A DNA stretch of 64,000 nt from Blastocladiella emersonii ATCC 22665 (GCA_025594325.1 JANHCV010000009.1:1178001-1242000); one strand, 5' to 3'; counted from the first letter of the stretch, positions 36,330 to 47,351 are shown. Numbers and translations: made by a program. Notes: generated by a model from the sequence alone, not told the origin.

Positions 36330-37039
36330 CATGGCTGCCCTTAGGGACTTCGCCTCTGGACTCTATCCACCCAGGCTAACCCACGTGATATCTCATTGCT
36401 TACCCCGAGTGACTCATAATGAATATAGCGATATCCTTAGGGATTTCGCCACCCGGATCGGAGGCCGAAGGCCGAAGCAGGTGGGCGGGGGGAGGGGGGA
36501 GGGGGGAGCGGCGATCACATGCCCCAGACGCGCAACGCAATGCGACCACGGAGTCACTCTATGAGCCGGCCCACGACTTGGTCGGCGACTTGGTTGCAGC
36601 AATAGGCCCTTGAAGGCTCTCGGAATAATTCCACCAGAGGTCGGCGGTCAGTCCAAGAACGCGAGCAGCGACCCAGGTCAGCGACCAGCCCCAGATGGCT
36701 CTTGATGGCCGCCCCAAACTGGACCGGGTTGGAGCTCACTGGACCGGGTTCAAAGACAACCCGGTCCATGAAATTCGCTTGGGGTAAGCCATGGACCGGG
36801 TTGACCGGGTTGACCGGGTTGTTTAAAGTAACAGTGTAGTGAAAAGGGGGGGAGGGACCGCTCCAGTGCCACTCTTCCCCCCCCCCTTTCAAATCCCTAA
36901 AGGTCAATCGACCCCCTCAACCCGGTCCACCCAGTCCATGGCTTACCCCGAGCGAATTTCAATCGACTTGGTCCATTGAACCTGGTCCATGGCTTATGGC
37001 GAACGGCTCAAAGGGCAGGCAACCCGGTCCAGGCTGCCG
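36304..37039 (+). repeat. Left terminal inverted repeat (~736 bp)
   Basis: Reverse complement of 50364-51089 by eye alignment. Contains repeated GGACCGGGTT/AACCCGGTCC motifs and a 12-bp local duplication absent from the right copy. Confidence 0.9.
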
Positions 37040-37108
37040 TGAACGGTCGCTGCAAGTACAGTAAACAAAAGGTACAAAGTTGTATTCACAAAGGAGTCTC
37101 TGGACTCG

Positions 37109-39415
37109 TTACATCTTGTCGTCGGACAGCTCAACTGTGTACGGCCCGCGGTACTTGTAGATGCGAAGCTTGCGGCGATTCACGGTGCGACGCGTCACCT
37201 CAAAGAGCTCCTGCTTGTTGGCCGGGTTGACTTCGCGCTTGATGTACTCACCGAACTTGGTCTGCGACATGGACAAGCGGCCAGGGAAGCGCTTCTTGGC
37301 GTACTTGCGGTAAAACTCGTAGAACGCGTCTGCCTCGAGCTCCTGCACAACTTCGACCTGGCGCGTGTGGTCCAGGAGGTTGAGCGGGAAGCCGCCGTAC
37401 TCCATGATGTCCATGGCCGGCGCGGGAACCGGCTCCAGTGCCGCCATGATGGCGTTGTTGCGGGCCTGGTTGCGCGAGAACTTGGACAGCGTCAGGTGCA
37501 AGAGGTCGAGGCAGAGGATGTAGGTAAAGATCTCGTCGGCGTGCTCCTTGACAAACGCGTTGAGCTCGCCAAAGTAGTTCTCGTCCTGGCACTTGATGTT
37601 GGACATCTTGAGGACGAACTCGCGGCAACCAGTCTTGGTGAGTGGCAGCACATTGCAGTTGTTGGTCGCGATCATAAAGTTGTTGACGTTCTTGACCTCC
37701 TTGCGTTTCATGTACTTTTCGTTGACAATGAGCTTGTCCTCGGTGACCATGCTCTTGAGCTTGTCAAACGCGTTCTTGAGCTTGGCTGGCTTGCTGGAGG
37801 GCATCTTGTCAAACAGCACGAGCATCTTGTGGGCGATCTCCGAGTTGAACTCGCCCTTGAGCCACGTTGGCCCGTTGCTGATGGACACCGTGTTCTTGCG
37901 GCCAATAATGTACTGGGCCAGAAGGTGGTAGAACTTGCCCTTGCCCACGCCCTCAAGACCCGTCAGCAGCAGCATCACGCCATTGGCCTTGCCTGTGGTG
38001 AGCAGGCACTGGATCCACTTGAGGACATACGCGTACTCTTCCTTGTTGCCGCTGCAGACCACGTCGCAAATGTACTCGAGGTACATGACAATCAACTCGG
38101 GCTCAATGTCGTGGCCAAGGTCTGTGGCCGCAAACCCGTAGAACGTGTTAAAGTAGTCGACCACGAGGCCGTTCTGGTGAGACGGGCCCCACTGCGGTTT
38201 GTGCATGTCAAAGATGAGCGCCTTGACCTGTGGAGCGTACTTGATGGCCCCCGTGCTGCACGCCTTCTTCACGTTGTCCTCGCCGTTGGTGTCCCAGGCG
38301 TCAGTCACGGTGCGGCGAAAGTACATCTCGCCGACCAGGTCCTTGTGGACAAACTTGCCCACGTACTTGATCACGGCCTCCTTCCACGACTGCTTGTCCT
38401 CGTCCACCTTGCGGCTGAGGTAGTGGGTGATGACCTTGCCGATCCAGTTGTTGTCGTAGTGCGGGTCACGCTCAAGCTGCACGGCAACAAACGCGGCCGG
38501 GTCCTTGCAAAAGTTGGGGAGCTTGCCCTTGTCCTTGGACTCAGGCACCGTGATCTCCTTCTCGTCCCACTCCACCTCAAAGCCCGTGTACTTGAGCGTG
38601 TTGGCAGACATCTTGGCAAGCAGCTCGGCGTTGACGCAGTCGTCCTTCTTGACCATGAACCCGTCAAACACAAGCACGCTTGGCACAAGGTTGTTGGCAC
38701 GGGCAAAGTCAATGGCGCGCATCAGGAGGATTGACTTGACAGCCTGGAACAGGTTGGAGAGCACTGAGCCCTTGTTCATGGTCTTGTCTGCGCGAGGCTT
38801 GGACGCCTTGACAACGTGCGGAAAGTCCTTCTCAATCAGCTTGTACAGCGAGCCGTACAGCATGTGGTGGAAGGCTGCAAGCTTGGGGTGCACCGCGTTG
38901 CAGTTGACAAACTCATTGAACAGCATTGAGAGGAACTCCTGCTTATCCCCGAGCCCCCACTTGGCCAGCACGGCCGTGCGGTTGGCGAGGTACTGGTCAA
39001 AGACGCCGTGGCCAAGGTTGTAGTGCTGGCAGACGCCGCAGAGGATCGACGGCGCCGCGCCCTTCATGTCAAGGTCCTGGAGCACGCCCTTGGCCAGCGG
39101 GCTGCGGATGAGGTCCTTGCTGAAGCTCTGGAGCGACGGCGACGTGGCGTAGAGTCGGCCAAACTTCTTCTTGACCAAGGTTGACCGCGTGGTGAACAAG
39201 TACACGGTCTCCTTGCCATCGCCGTAGCTCGCCTTGGCCAGCGCCGCGTAGGCCTTGAGCTTCTTCTTGACCTCAGCGTCAATGCCCGAGTACCGCGCGC
39301 AGAGCCCGTCAAGCACGTCCTTGTTGTAGTACTCGTGCAGCACGACCTGGCCCGAGTCCATGAACATGGACTTGGTGTAGTCGAGGGTCTTGGCGATCTT
39401 GGTTAGCTGGGGCAT
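37109..39415 (-). CDS. TVpol (PolA-related primase-polymerase) fused to SF3 helicase (~768 aa), probably inactivated by point mutations
   Basis: N-terminal GRLY...SLQ, DLDMKGAAPSIL and VFDGFMV motifs; C-terminal Walker A GLEGVGKG, degenerate Walker B LFDKM and NFMIATNN. ATG 39415 (MPQLTK). Confidence 0.8.
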   Translation of the reverse strand: MPQLTKIAKTLDYTKSMFMDSGQVVLHEYYNKDVLDGLCARYSGIDAEVKKKLKAYAALAKASYGDGKETVYLFTTRSTLVKKKFGRLYATSPSLQSFSKDLIRSPLAKGVLQDLDMKGAAPSILCGVCQHYNLGHGVFDQYLANRTAVLAKWGLGDKQEFLSMLFNEFVNCNAVHPKLAAFHHMLYGSLYKLIEKDFPHVVKASKPRADKTMNKGSVLSNLFQAVKSILLMRAIDFARANNLVPSVLVFDGFMVKKDDCVNAELLAKMSANTLKYTGFEVEWDEKEITVPESKDKGKLPNFCKDPAAFVAVQLERDPHYDNNWIGKVITHYLSRKVDEDKQSWKEAVIKYVGKFVHKDLVGEMYFRRTVTDAWDTNGEDNVKKACSTGAIKYAPQVKALIFDMHKPQWGPSHQNGLVVDYFNTFYGFAATDLGHDIEPELIVMYLEYICDVVCSGNKEEYAYVLKWIQCLLTTGKANGVMLLLTGLEGVGKGKFYHLLAQYIIGRKNTVSISNGPTWLKGEFNSEIAHKMLVLFDKMPSSKPAKLKNAFDKLKSMVTEDKLIVNEKYMKRKEVKNVNNFMIATNNCNVLPLTKTGCREFVLKMSNIKCQDENYFGELNAFVKEHADEIFTYILCLDLLHLTLSKFSRNQARNNAIMAALEPVPAPAMDIMEYGGFPLNLLDHTRQVEVVQELEADAFYEFYRKYAKKRFPGRLSMSQTKFGEYIKREVNPANKQELFEVTRRTVNRRKLRIYKYRGPYTVELSDDKM

Positions 39416-39539
39416 GGCCGAGTAGTTACTGTTGAGCAAAGAAAAAAGCATTGTACTTTGATGCGGAAAAACGCAGTCTGGGAGCAGGGGCAGGGCCGTG
39501 TACTTGAAGTGCCGCAATTATTGCTATTGCCGCTGGCCA

Positions 39540-39630
39540 TGACCTGACCCTGACCCTGACCCAGCTGCCCTTGCGTGACCTGACCCTGACCCTGACCCAG
39601 CTGCCCTTGCGTGACCTGACCCTGACCCAG
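39540..39630. repeat. 36-bp tandem repeat x2.5 built of TGACCC hexamers
   Basis: Unit GACCTGACCCTGACCCTGACCCAGCTGCCCTTGCGT. Confidence 0.85.
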
Positions 39631-39640
39631 ACACGACCTC

Positions 39641-40070
39641 CCCCATGAGCCCGACTTGGGAGCCAATCGCGTCTCATGTCACGATCCTTGAACCGTGACC
39701 TGGGCAGTGACTGAGGGCAAAGTCACCAACCCCCCATGCTCCCAACTTGGGAGCCAATCGAGTCTCAGGTCACGATCCTTGAACCGTGACCTGGGCGGCG
39801 ACTGAGGGCAAAGTCACCAACCCCCCATGCTCCCAACTTGGGAGCCAATCGCGTCTCAGGTCACGATCCTTGAACCGTGACTTGGGCAGCGACTGAGGGC
39901 AAAGTCACCAACCCCCCATGCTCCCAACTTGGGAGCCAATCGCGTCTCAGGTCACAATCCTTGAACCGTGACCTGGGCAGCGACTGAGGGCAAAGTCACG
40001 GACCCCCCATGCTCCCGACTTGGGAGCCAGTAGGGTCCGAGGTCACAAACCTCTCAAACCGTGACCTGGG
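39641..40070. repeat. 91-bp tandem repeat x~4.7 with two internal palindromes per unit
   Basis: The CCCCATG anchor recurs at 91-bp spacing (ATG at 39645, 39736, 39827, 39918, 40009). Confidence 0.9.
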
Positions 40071-40195
40071 CCCTCCCACGGTCCATGACTTGCCACCACC
40101 CTGACCCTGACCCAGGCCCAGCTACCCAGAAAAAAGAACGTTGCGTTCAAACGCACTTGAGCCCATGGAGCCTTTTTGTTGACAGTCAGTAAACC

Positions 40196-41346
40196 ATGGC
40201 GCTTGACTCTCTTGCCTCCCAGGTCGCCATTGCCCTTGCTCAGCACTTTGCTGCCAATGTAGTGCACCAAGTGCTCGATGGTATCAAGCCGCTGCTGGCA
40301 TGCTGGCATCCTTTGACAAGCGGCTCAAGGGAGTTGAGACCAGCCTCGCCGCGCTGGCTGCAGTGTCACATAACTGCAATCACTGTCCCAATCACACCCC
40401 CGTCGACGAGTCTGGTGAGCCCATGGACACTGACCCCCAGGTCAAGTACGCGCAGATGACCAAGGAATCCATTGCGGCGTGCATCAACGCGCGTGTTCAG
40501 AACAAGCACGGGGAACTGGTTGAGCTGAGCGACACGGACAAGGCCAAGACATCCCGCGTGCTCTGTGCCTTTGCCAAGTCGGGCATAGACATTGAAGACG
40601 TTGATGCCGTGTCCAAAGCTGTGGCAGCGTACCGCGCGTCCAAGGGCAAGCAGGGGCTGCAGGTTGAGACGCTCAAGGCCCTGGCCAAGTACTGCACCTG
40701 GAATGGTCAGCCTGAACTCGGGGCCAAGTACACAGAGGCCAAGAAGCAGGACGCTGCCGACTTCCGCGACGCGTGCAAGGAACTCGAGTCTGGTGCGCTC
40801 CCAAGCCGTGACGCCATTTGCACTGCTATTGTTGATGCAAAGGGCTGGGACTCAGGCACGGGGCTTCTGCGTCTGTACCTCCAAGTTGTGAGTGCAGTGC
40901 GCAGCGACCCTGCGTTCCTGACCACAAAGCCAATCACTGGGTACCCGTACTACAACCCAGAGACCCAGATTCTGGCCGGCGATGTCATTGTCAAGACAGA
41001 GGGCTGTGGCTACAACTTCTCGCACACAGTTAGTGAGCCCAAGGTCGCCGCCGCTCTCAAGCGTATCATTGCCCAGCGTCTCGCCAAAGGCCATGACTTT
41101 GTCTTCAACAACTACACCCGCGAGGAGCTCAAGGACACCATGCTCTGCAAGAGGGTTAGCAACACCTGGTGCAAGTCAATTCACCAGGCTGCAGAGACAG
41201 TTGGCTTTGAGGATGGCGGCGTGGCAGTGATCCGCCGTATCTCCACCAGTGAGAACTTTGCTGCACAGCAAGCTATTGCTGACTGCGCACACAAGATGGG
41301 TCACAGCGTCCCTGTTGCCTTGACCTACTACATGACGCCTCAGTAA
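40196..41346 (+). CDS. Tyrosine recombinase / protelomerase-like protein; 8-bp duplication at 40294-40309 shifts the N-terminus
   Basis: Catalytic-order motifs AVRSD (R), VIVKT (K), VIRRI (R) and MGHSVPVALTYY (H...Y). The ORF from 40300 gives 348 aa; removing one GCTGGCAT copy gives a continuous ORF from ATG 40196. Confidence 0.7.
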
Positions 41347-41374
41347 TCCTCTTGTCTCCGCCTTTGTTAATACA

Positions 41375-42487
41375 ATGTATGCCCACAAAGAGCCGCTCAC
41401 AGACGCACAGCAAGCATTCCTGACAGACTTGTACTACAAGCACAGCCACGTAGGTGTTGGCATCCGTTGGCTCTTTGACATTGTGTCCAGAGAGAACACA
41501 GGGAAGCACATCTACTGCGCCCAGCTTGAGAGATGGCTCGGCGAACAGTCTGTGTGGCAGCAGTACAAACGCGCACCTCAGAAGCGCCAAGACATTTGAA
41601 GCATCAACTCAACAAGTCCTGGCTGCAACTTTCAGCTCGACCTCATTGACATGGGCGAAAACGGTACGTACAAGGGCTTCCATTACATTCTCACGTGTGT
41701 CAACCTGGCGAGCCGCCACGTCTACCTCCAACCCATCAAGACCAAGGACAAGACGCGGGAAGCATGGTCCAGCGTGGTTGCCAAGCACAGCCTTGCACCT
41801 GCCACGATCCAGACGGACAATGAGACCGAGTTCTTTGGCATAGAGGCCGGGACCGAGGCCAAGCACATCAAGGGCAAGGCAGGAGTGCCATACAGTCAAG
41901 GTGTTGTTGAGCGTATGAACGGGACCATCCGCCGGATGCTCACACCGTGGCTGTCCATCCCGGGCAACAACGACTGGCCCAAGCACCTCGAGACCATTGA
42001 ATCTGTGATCAACAGCAGCAAGTCGAGGGCCACGGGCAGGGCGCCCAACGAGTTCCATGACATGCCCCGCAAAATGGCCAAGGAAGAGCTCAAGGCAATC
42101 CAAGCTGCCAAGGGCAAGCCAGAAGGCAACCCTCTGAGCGCGTTGTTGAAGGTAGGGACCCAGGTCCAAGTCCGCGAGCCGTACAAGACTGCCATGGAGG
42201 CCAAGGGGAAGCCGGTCTGGTCGCCAACTGTGAGCCAGGCCCAGGTCGTGCGCAAGGGGTCGGGCGTGAGCAATCCAAGCTACAAGGTCCAAGGCCTCAA
42301 GGGCTTCTATCCACACAGCGACGTCCAGCCAGTCACAGCGACCCAGGACCCGCCAGCAAGGCAGCGCGTAGGTCCAAGTCTTCCAAGGCTCCCTGCTGCG
42401 CGCACCCCGGTCACGCCAAGGGAGCCCTCGACCCGGGTCAGGCGCGTCCCAGTCCAAGTCCAAGAAAAGTGGGACCTTGGGCTTTAG
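41375..42487 (+). pseudogene. Retroviral-type (rve, DDE) integrase with one in-frame TGA at 41597
   Basis: FQLDLIDM (D), IQTDNETEF (D), SQGVVERMNGTIRR (E), and a Polinton-type C-terminal LKVGTQVQV...WS...Y block. ORFs 41375-41599 and 41651-42487 are in the same frame. Confidence 0.9.
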
Positions 42488-44427
42488 AGCAGGGTCCAGT
42501 AGCTTTGAATGATGACCTGGCAGTTGTTGGCAATTGCGACCAATGGGATCCAGATGAAAGAGTAGCTCTTGGCCGCGTCAAGGTACTCAATGCTCGAGAA
42601 CTGAAGGAACTGGACGTTGCCTTCAGCGCGGCACCCAGTGACAAGCGACACTGCAATCATGTCCGTCATATTGTACAGCGCAAAGTTCACAGTGTGGGCT
42701 CCAGGGAGCGCGCCGTTTGCGTAGTAGCCCTTTGCATGGACGAGGTAGTAGCCACTGACAGGGGGTTTGACACATCCATTGATCACAGACGTGAACGCGC
42801 CTGCCGTGGACTGGAACGCAAAGGTGGCCGGGCCCGTCAATGCTGTGCCGCCAATGATCTTGCTGCCCGTGGTCACTCCGTTTGTAGAGCGGTGCTTGGC
42901 CTGAGCGACATACCAGGTCATGCCAGACTGCAAGTCAACGTACGCCTTGTTTGCCGCGTCGGTGCCTGCCACTGGAGTGAGGTCAAGGGTGAGCTGCCCT
43001 GTGAAGCGACCAGTGCCATTGACGCGGAGCTTTTCTGTGCCAAGCGTCGCCGAGCCCACAACCACGTTGCCGCCACCTGCCACAAGGGAGACCCCACCCG
43101 TGGTTGCAGACGCAATCTCAATGTTACCCGCCGCTGTGCATGCCAGGTTGCTTCGCAGTACGCCTGCCTGCTTAAAGTCGACGTACGTCAATGTATTGGC
43201 AGCCAAGTCAAAGACAAGGTTTGCGCTTGTGGCATTCTGGACCAGGACGTTGGGCACAGTCAGTTGCTTGCCAACTCCAAGACCACCAGCAATGGTGACT
43301 GCTCCAGTGCTTGATGTCAAACTGTCCGTCGTACTTGCAAAGGCAAAGGCAGCGCCAAGCCCAAGGGTGGACTGGGGGAGCGTGCCAGCGACCGAGGCTG
43401 CGCTCACCGCTGTGACCTTGGCCGAGACGTCGGGGAGTTGTGCCAGGTCAATGGTCCCTGCGAGCTTGGCTGAGTCAATGCCGGATGCCAGCTTGGCGTT
43501 GGTCAGGGTCCCGTCTGCAATGCGGGCAGGGTCAAGGATCCCAGTGAGCTTGACTGCTGACACGTCTGTAACCTTGGCGTCCGTGACTGCACCTGCTGCC
43601 AGGTGGGAAGATCCAATGGACCCGACGTTGAGCTTGGCCCCGTCAATGCCAGTTGCCAGCTTGGCGTTGGTCACGGCCGCGTCTGCCAGGACCGAGGTGC
43701 CAACTGTGCCCGCTGCCAGCTTGGACCCGTCGATGCCAGCTGCCAGTTTGGCGTTCGATACGGCACCGTCTGCCAGGGCTCCCGTCCCAATAGTCCCTGC
43801 AACGAGCTTGGACCCAGACACGGACGCGACCTTGGCATCTGTGACTGCCAGGTCAATGAGAGCCGCCGTGCCGACTGTGCCTGCCACAAGCTTGGACCCA
43901 GACACGGACGCGACCTTGGCATCAGTCACTGAGCCGTCTGCCAGGACTGAGGTCCCAACTGTGCCTGCCACGAGCTTGGACCCGGACACGGACGCAACCT
44001 TGGCATCTGTCACTGAGCCGTCTGCCAGGACCGAGGTTCCAACGGCTGGGAGGTTGGACGCACTGAGCACGCCCACGACCTTGGACGCAGACACAGTGTC
44101 CAGCTGAGCATCGACGAGCTTGCCTGTGACCTGCCCTGCTGTAATCGTGGCGACCTTGTTGGCCGTGACGCTGGCTGGGAGCAGCTGTACCGTGCCAACC
44201 GACTTGACATAGAGCCCAGCTGCGCCCACGCCAAGGGTCTGGTTGTCGACCTTGGTCGAGACAGTGGTCCCTGAGACTGCCACGCCAGGGCCAGCAACAG
44301 GTGCGCCAACCGTGGCGTACACGGCACTGATGGCCGCGTCAACGTAGGCCTTGGACACGTCCGGGACCCCCGTGGTAGACACGGTCGGAGACGCAGTACT
44401 TGAGACGTTAAAGATATTCTTGACCAT
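42484..44427 (-). CDS. Putative virion fibre/spike protein (647 aa) with repeated shaft and possible C1q/TNF-like head
   Basis: Repeats such as VGTSVLADGSVTDAKVASVSGSKLVAGT, a SKAYVD/NKAYVD motif near both ends, and a beta-rich C-terminus with PPVSGYYLVHAKG. Confidence 0.65.
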   Translation of the reverse strand: MVKNIFNVSSTASPTVSTTGVPDVSKAYVDAAISAVYATVGAPVAGPGVAVSGTTVSTKVDNQTLGVGAAGLYVKSVGTVQLLPASVTANKVATITAGQVTGKLVDAQLDTVSASKVVGVLSASNLPAVGTSVLADGSVTDAKVASVSGSKLVAGTVGTSVLADGSVTDAKVASVSGSKLVAGTVGTAALIDLAVTDAKVASVSGSKLVAGTIGTGALADGAVSNAKLAAGIDGSKLAAGTVGTSVLADAAVTNAKLATGIDGAKLNVGSIGSSHLAAGAVTDAKVTDVSAVKLTGILDPARIADGTLTNAKLASGIDSAKLAGTIDLAQLPDVSAKVTAVSAASVAGTLPQSTLGLGAAFAFASTTDSLTSSTGAVTIAGGLGVGKQLTVPNVLVQNATSANLVFDLAANTLTYVDFKQAGVLRSNLACTAAGNIEIASATTGGVSLVAGGGNVVVGSATLGTEKLRVNGTGRFTGQLTLDLTPVAGTDAANKAYVDLQSGMTWYVAQAKHRSTNGVTTGSKIIGGTALTGPATFAFQSTAGAFTSVINGCVKPPVSGYYLVHAKGYYANGALPGAHTVNFALYNMTDMIAVSLVTGCRAEGNVQFLQFSSIEYLDAAKSYSFIWIPLVAIANNCQVIIQSYWTLL

Positions 44428-44447
44428 GTTTAACCTTAAGCAACAGA

Positions 44448-44699
44448 ATGATTTCCAGCGACCATGACCTGAGCCTGGACAAGTGGCGGGAGCACCTCGC
44501 CGGGACCATGCCCGTTCCAAGCAGCTGGTACAACAAGAGCGACAAGGACAAGGCCAAGTGGCTACGGAAGCGCGACTGCAAGGCCAACCGGTACACGCAC
44601 GTCGACAACGAGGCAGCGCGGGCCGAACGGGTCAAGATCCGGATCTACAAGGCACTCAACGCCAAGCGCCGGGACCAGGGGGCAAATAGCACCGTCTGA
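44448..44699 (+). CDS. Small basic hypothetical viral protein (83 aa)
   Basis: ATG-started ORF with the same codon style as neighbouring viral genes, divergent from the fibre gene. Confidence 0.5.
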   Translation: MISSDHDLSLDKWREHLAGTMPVPSSWYNKSDKDKAKWLRKRDCKANRYTHVDNEAARAERVKIRIYKALNAKRRDQGANSTV

Positions 44700-44811
44700 G
44701 GGACAAAAGGCACCTGCCACGGGGAAAAAGGTACGCCCAATGGTGCAAGATGCACGGGGAAAAAGGTACCGACAGGGGGACGCTTTATTTTTGGTCCATA
44801 CAGTAACTATC

Positions 44812-46527
44812 ATGGGCCAAAGAACAGTACCAGATCTACTTGCAAGAGTGACCAATGCAACCAGCGGGCGCATCACGGCCGAGCACCTTGCAGGGCAGAA
44901 GCTCAAGGCAACCATTGATGGCCGCAAGTACACGTTCCCCAATGCCAAAGAGCTCCTTGACGTCTGGGTGCCTTACATCCTTGCCTTTGACTACAAGGTG
45001 ACGCCCGAGAGCTATGCCAACGACTTTGGCTGCAAACAAGGCGACTCGCTGTTCTACCTCAGGCACCAGGACGGCGTCACTAGGTACAAGGTCAAGGACC
45101 TCCAGGAGCACGTCCAAGATACGCTTAAAGCGTGGGAAGAGCACCAGGCAACAGGCAAGGTCACTTGAGTCCCAGTTGCTCCACCAGTGGCAAGCCCCAG
45201 ACCAGAGGCCCCCAAGTTGGCCATGGACAGCAACAGGGGCAGCAGCGAAGAGGAACGCGACGAGCTGGCAGAAGAGATCTCACAAGCCCTGGACGTCATT
45301 GATGAGGACGCTGTACCAGACCACTTGCTCCCTGTGCCCGTCCGGCCAGTCATGCCCAAGCAGTACCCAGTCGAGGCCAGCGACTATGTTGGTCAAGACA
45401 TTGAAGAGTACGGCGCCATGATCCCTGGCCAGTACCTGATCCAGAATGACAATGACGGTGGCAACGACTCGCCCCCAAGGCTTGACAACGGCACCCGCAA
45501 CCTCGTGGTCATGCCACCAAGCTACGGCCCGGACGTGGCACAGCGGCAAGGCGTGTACAACGAGGGTCACGTCCACCCAGCCATGGACGAGGCACGCATG
45601 ATCGAGGGCTCCAAGGACTTGCAGGTCTACAACCCCGAGCGGGCGCTGACAACCACGGACAACATGGAGGTCGACGTTGTCCAGAACTTTCAACAGTTTA
45701 ACCAGTTTGTGTACAACAGCTCCACGCAGCAGAACACGCAGAACGTCAACATGCGGCAGTTCATCACCCAGTACAAGAACAACTACTACGAGCAGAACGT
45801 GGACATGCGACAGCAAATCCTGGTCCAGTACAACAATGACCCGAACGTCATGGCTGCGCTCAAGCTCATTGCCTCGCAGTTTGCCGGGTCCCAGGTCATG
45901 CAGTACCAGGCGTACCAGGCGCTCATCAAGCAGTCGGTGGCCGCTCAGGGACTGGCCATGGACGCATTTGCCAACCTCGCGTCCGGGATTGTGGACACGC
46001 TCCGAGCCAAACGCAACGACTTTGTCCGCCAGATTGACGCTGGCAACTGCGCGCTTGTGTCTGAGATTGCCACGGGCATGTCCTCGGCTCTCAGCAACCA
46101 GCAGGTGCTCATGAACCAACTTGCAAGCGGCGTCCAGGGCGCGATCCAAGGGCAGACCCAGAGCAACAAGGCCATGACCAAGACGCTCCAAGACCTTGGG
46201 TCCAAGCTGGACACGATCCCTGCACCCCAAGTCATTGTCCAGCCTGCCGACACAAGCGGCCTCAAGGCCATGATCAGGGAGCTGGCCGCGCAAAACAATT
46301 CTGGCGGTAGTTCTAAGAAGACCGACATGCTCCTCGAACAGATCCTCAAGCAACTGGGCTACAGGAAGCCAACTGACGCGAAGCTGTTCACAGACAAGCG
46401 GGCAGCGGGTAGCGGGCTGACAGCGCCCAAGATCCAGCGTCACCAGAAGATCCCTGAGCGGCCTGTCAAGCAGGTCCGCGAGACCCCAAGGCGCAGCGGC
46501 ATTGTGCTTGACCTCGGCTGGGACTGA
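44812..46527 (+). pseudogene. Hypothetical viral protein (~571 codons) with one in-frame TGA at 45166
   Basis: ORFs 44740-45168 and 45187-46527 are in the same frame, separated only by TGA (KVT*VPVAPP). N/Q-rich central part. Confidence 0.6.
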
Positions 46528-46553
46528 CGCCCTTTTTTGTTGGCAGTCTTTAA

Positions 46554-47351
46554 ATGTACGACATTGTTGCCATTGACAACGGCTTTACACGCAACGACAA
46601 CGGCGAACCGCTGCCAATCCCCAAGCACCCGTTCACCATGAACGTCATTGGTGCCAAGGGTCAGGGCAAGTCGACGCTGATCGCAAACATGGTCTGCTTC
46701 CCACACTTTTACAAGGGCCAGTTTGACAACGTCTGGGTCTTTAACCCGACGTTCCACGCCGACAACGAGTACGAGTACATTGCCAGTCAACCAATCCTGT
46801 GACCGCCCAAGAAGGAGCGCAACGTGCTGGACCCCCAGGAGCGCGACCCGGACCGGCTCAAGATCAAGCCAGGGTGCATTGTCACGGACCCCGAGCAGTT
46901 CATCCCAACCCTGCTCAAGATGCGCCAGGACCTGACCAAGACATTTGAAGAGTCTGGCAAGAAGGCGCTCCAGGACCAGCTGCTGATCATCGACAACGTG
47001 CTTGGGCTCAAGCTGCTGAGCCACAGAACGCTGACCAACTTTCTGTGCAACTCGCGGCACTTGAAGATCAGCTGCATCATTGGCGTCCAGCAGTGGTGTG
47101 CCCTGCCCAAGACTCTGCGCATCAATTGCAGCTACAGCGTCGTCTACCCAATCTATGACAAGACCAAGGTCCAGACGCTGCACAAGGAGATTGGGTCGCA
47201 GTTCGACCTCAAGGAGTTTGAGGCCATCATTGAACAGCTCTTTGACACGCATACTGGCAACACAAAGCGACGCTTCCTGGGCGTCAACAACCAGAACCCG
47301 CCCAAGTACCGGCTCGTAGACAGCTTCAGCAAGTGGATTGTCAAGGGATAG
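46554..47351 (+). pseudogene. FtsK/HerA-family (A32-like) genome packaging ATPase with in-frame TGA at 46800
   Basis: Walker A GAKGQGKST, degenerate Walker B LLIIDN, and SRHLKISCIIGVQ...LPKTLRIN. The two ORFs are in one frame. Confidence 0.9.

Noticed and set aside
39641-40070. CRISPR-like array
   Set aside because: Units are near-identical along their entire 91 bp, with no unique spacers and no cas genes; eukaryotic context.
37367-46443. Opposite-strand ORFs 37367-38734, 42920-44107 and 45280-46443
   Set aside because: Antisense shadows of the helicase, fibre and hypothetical genes.
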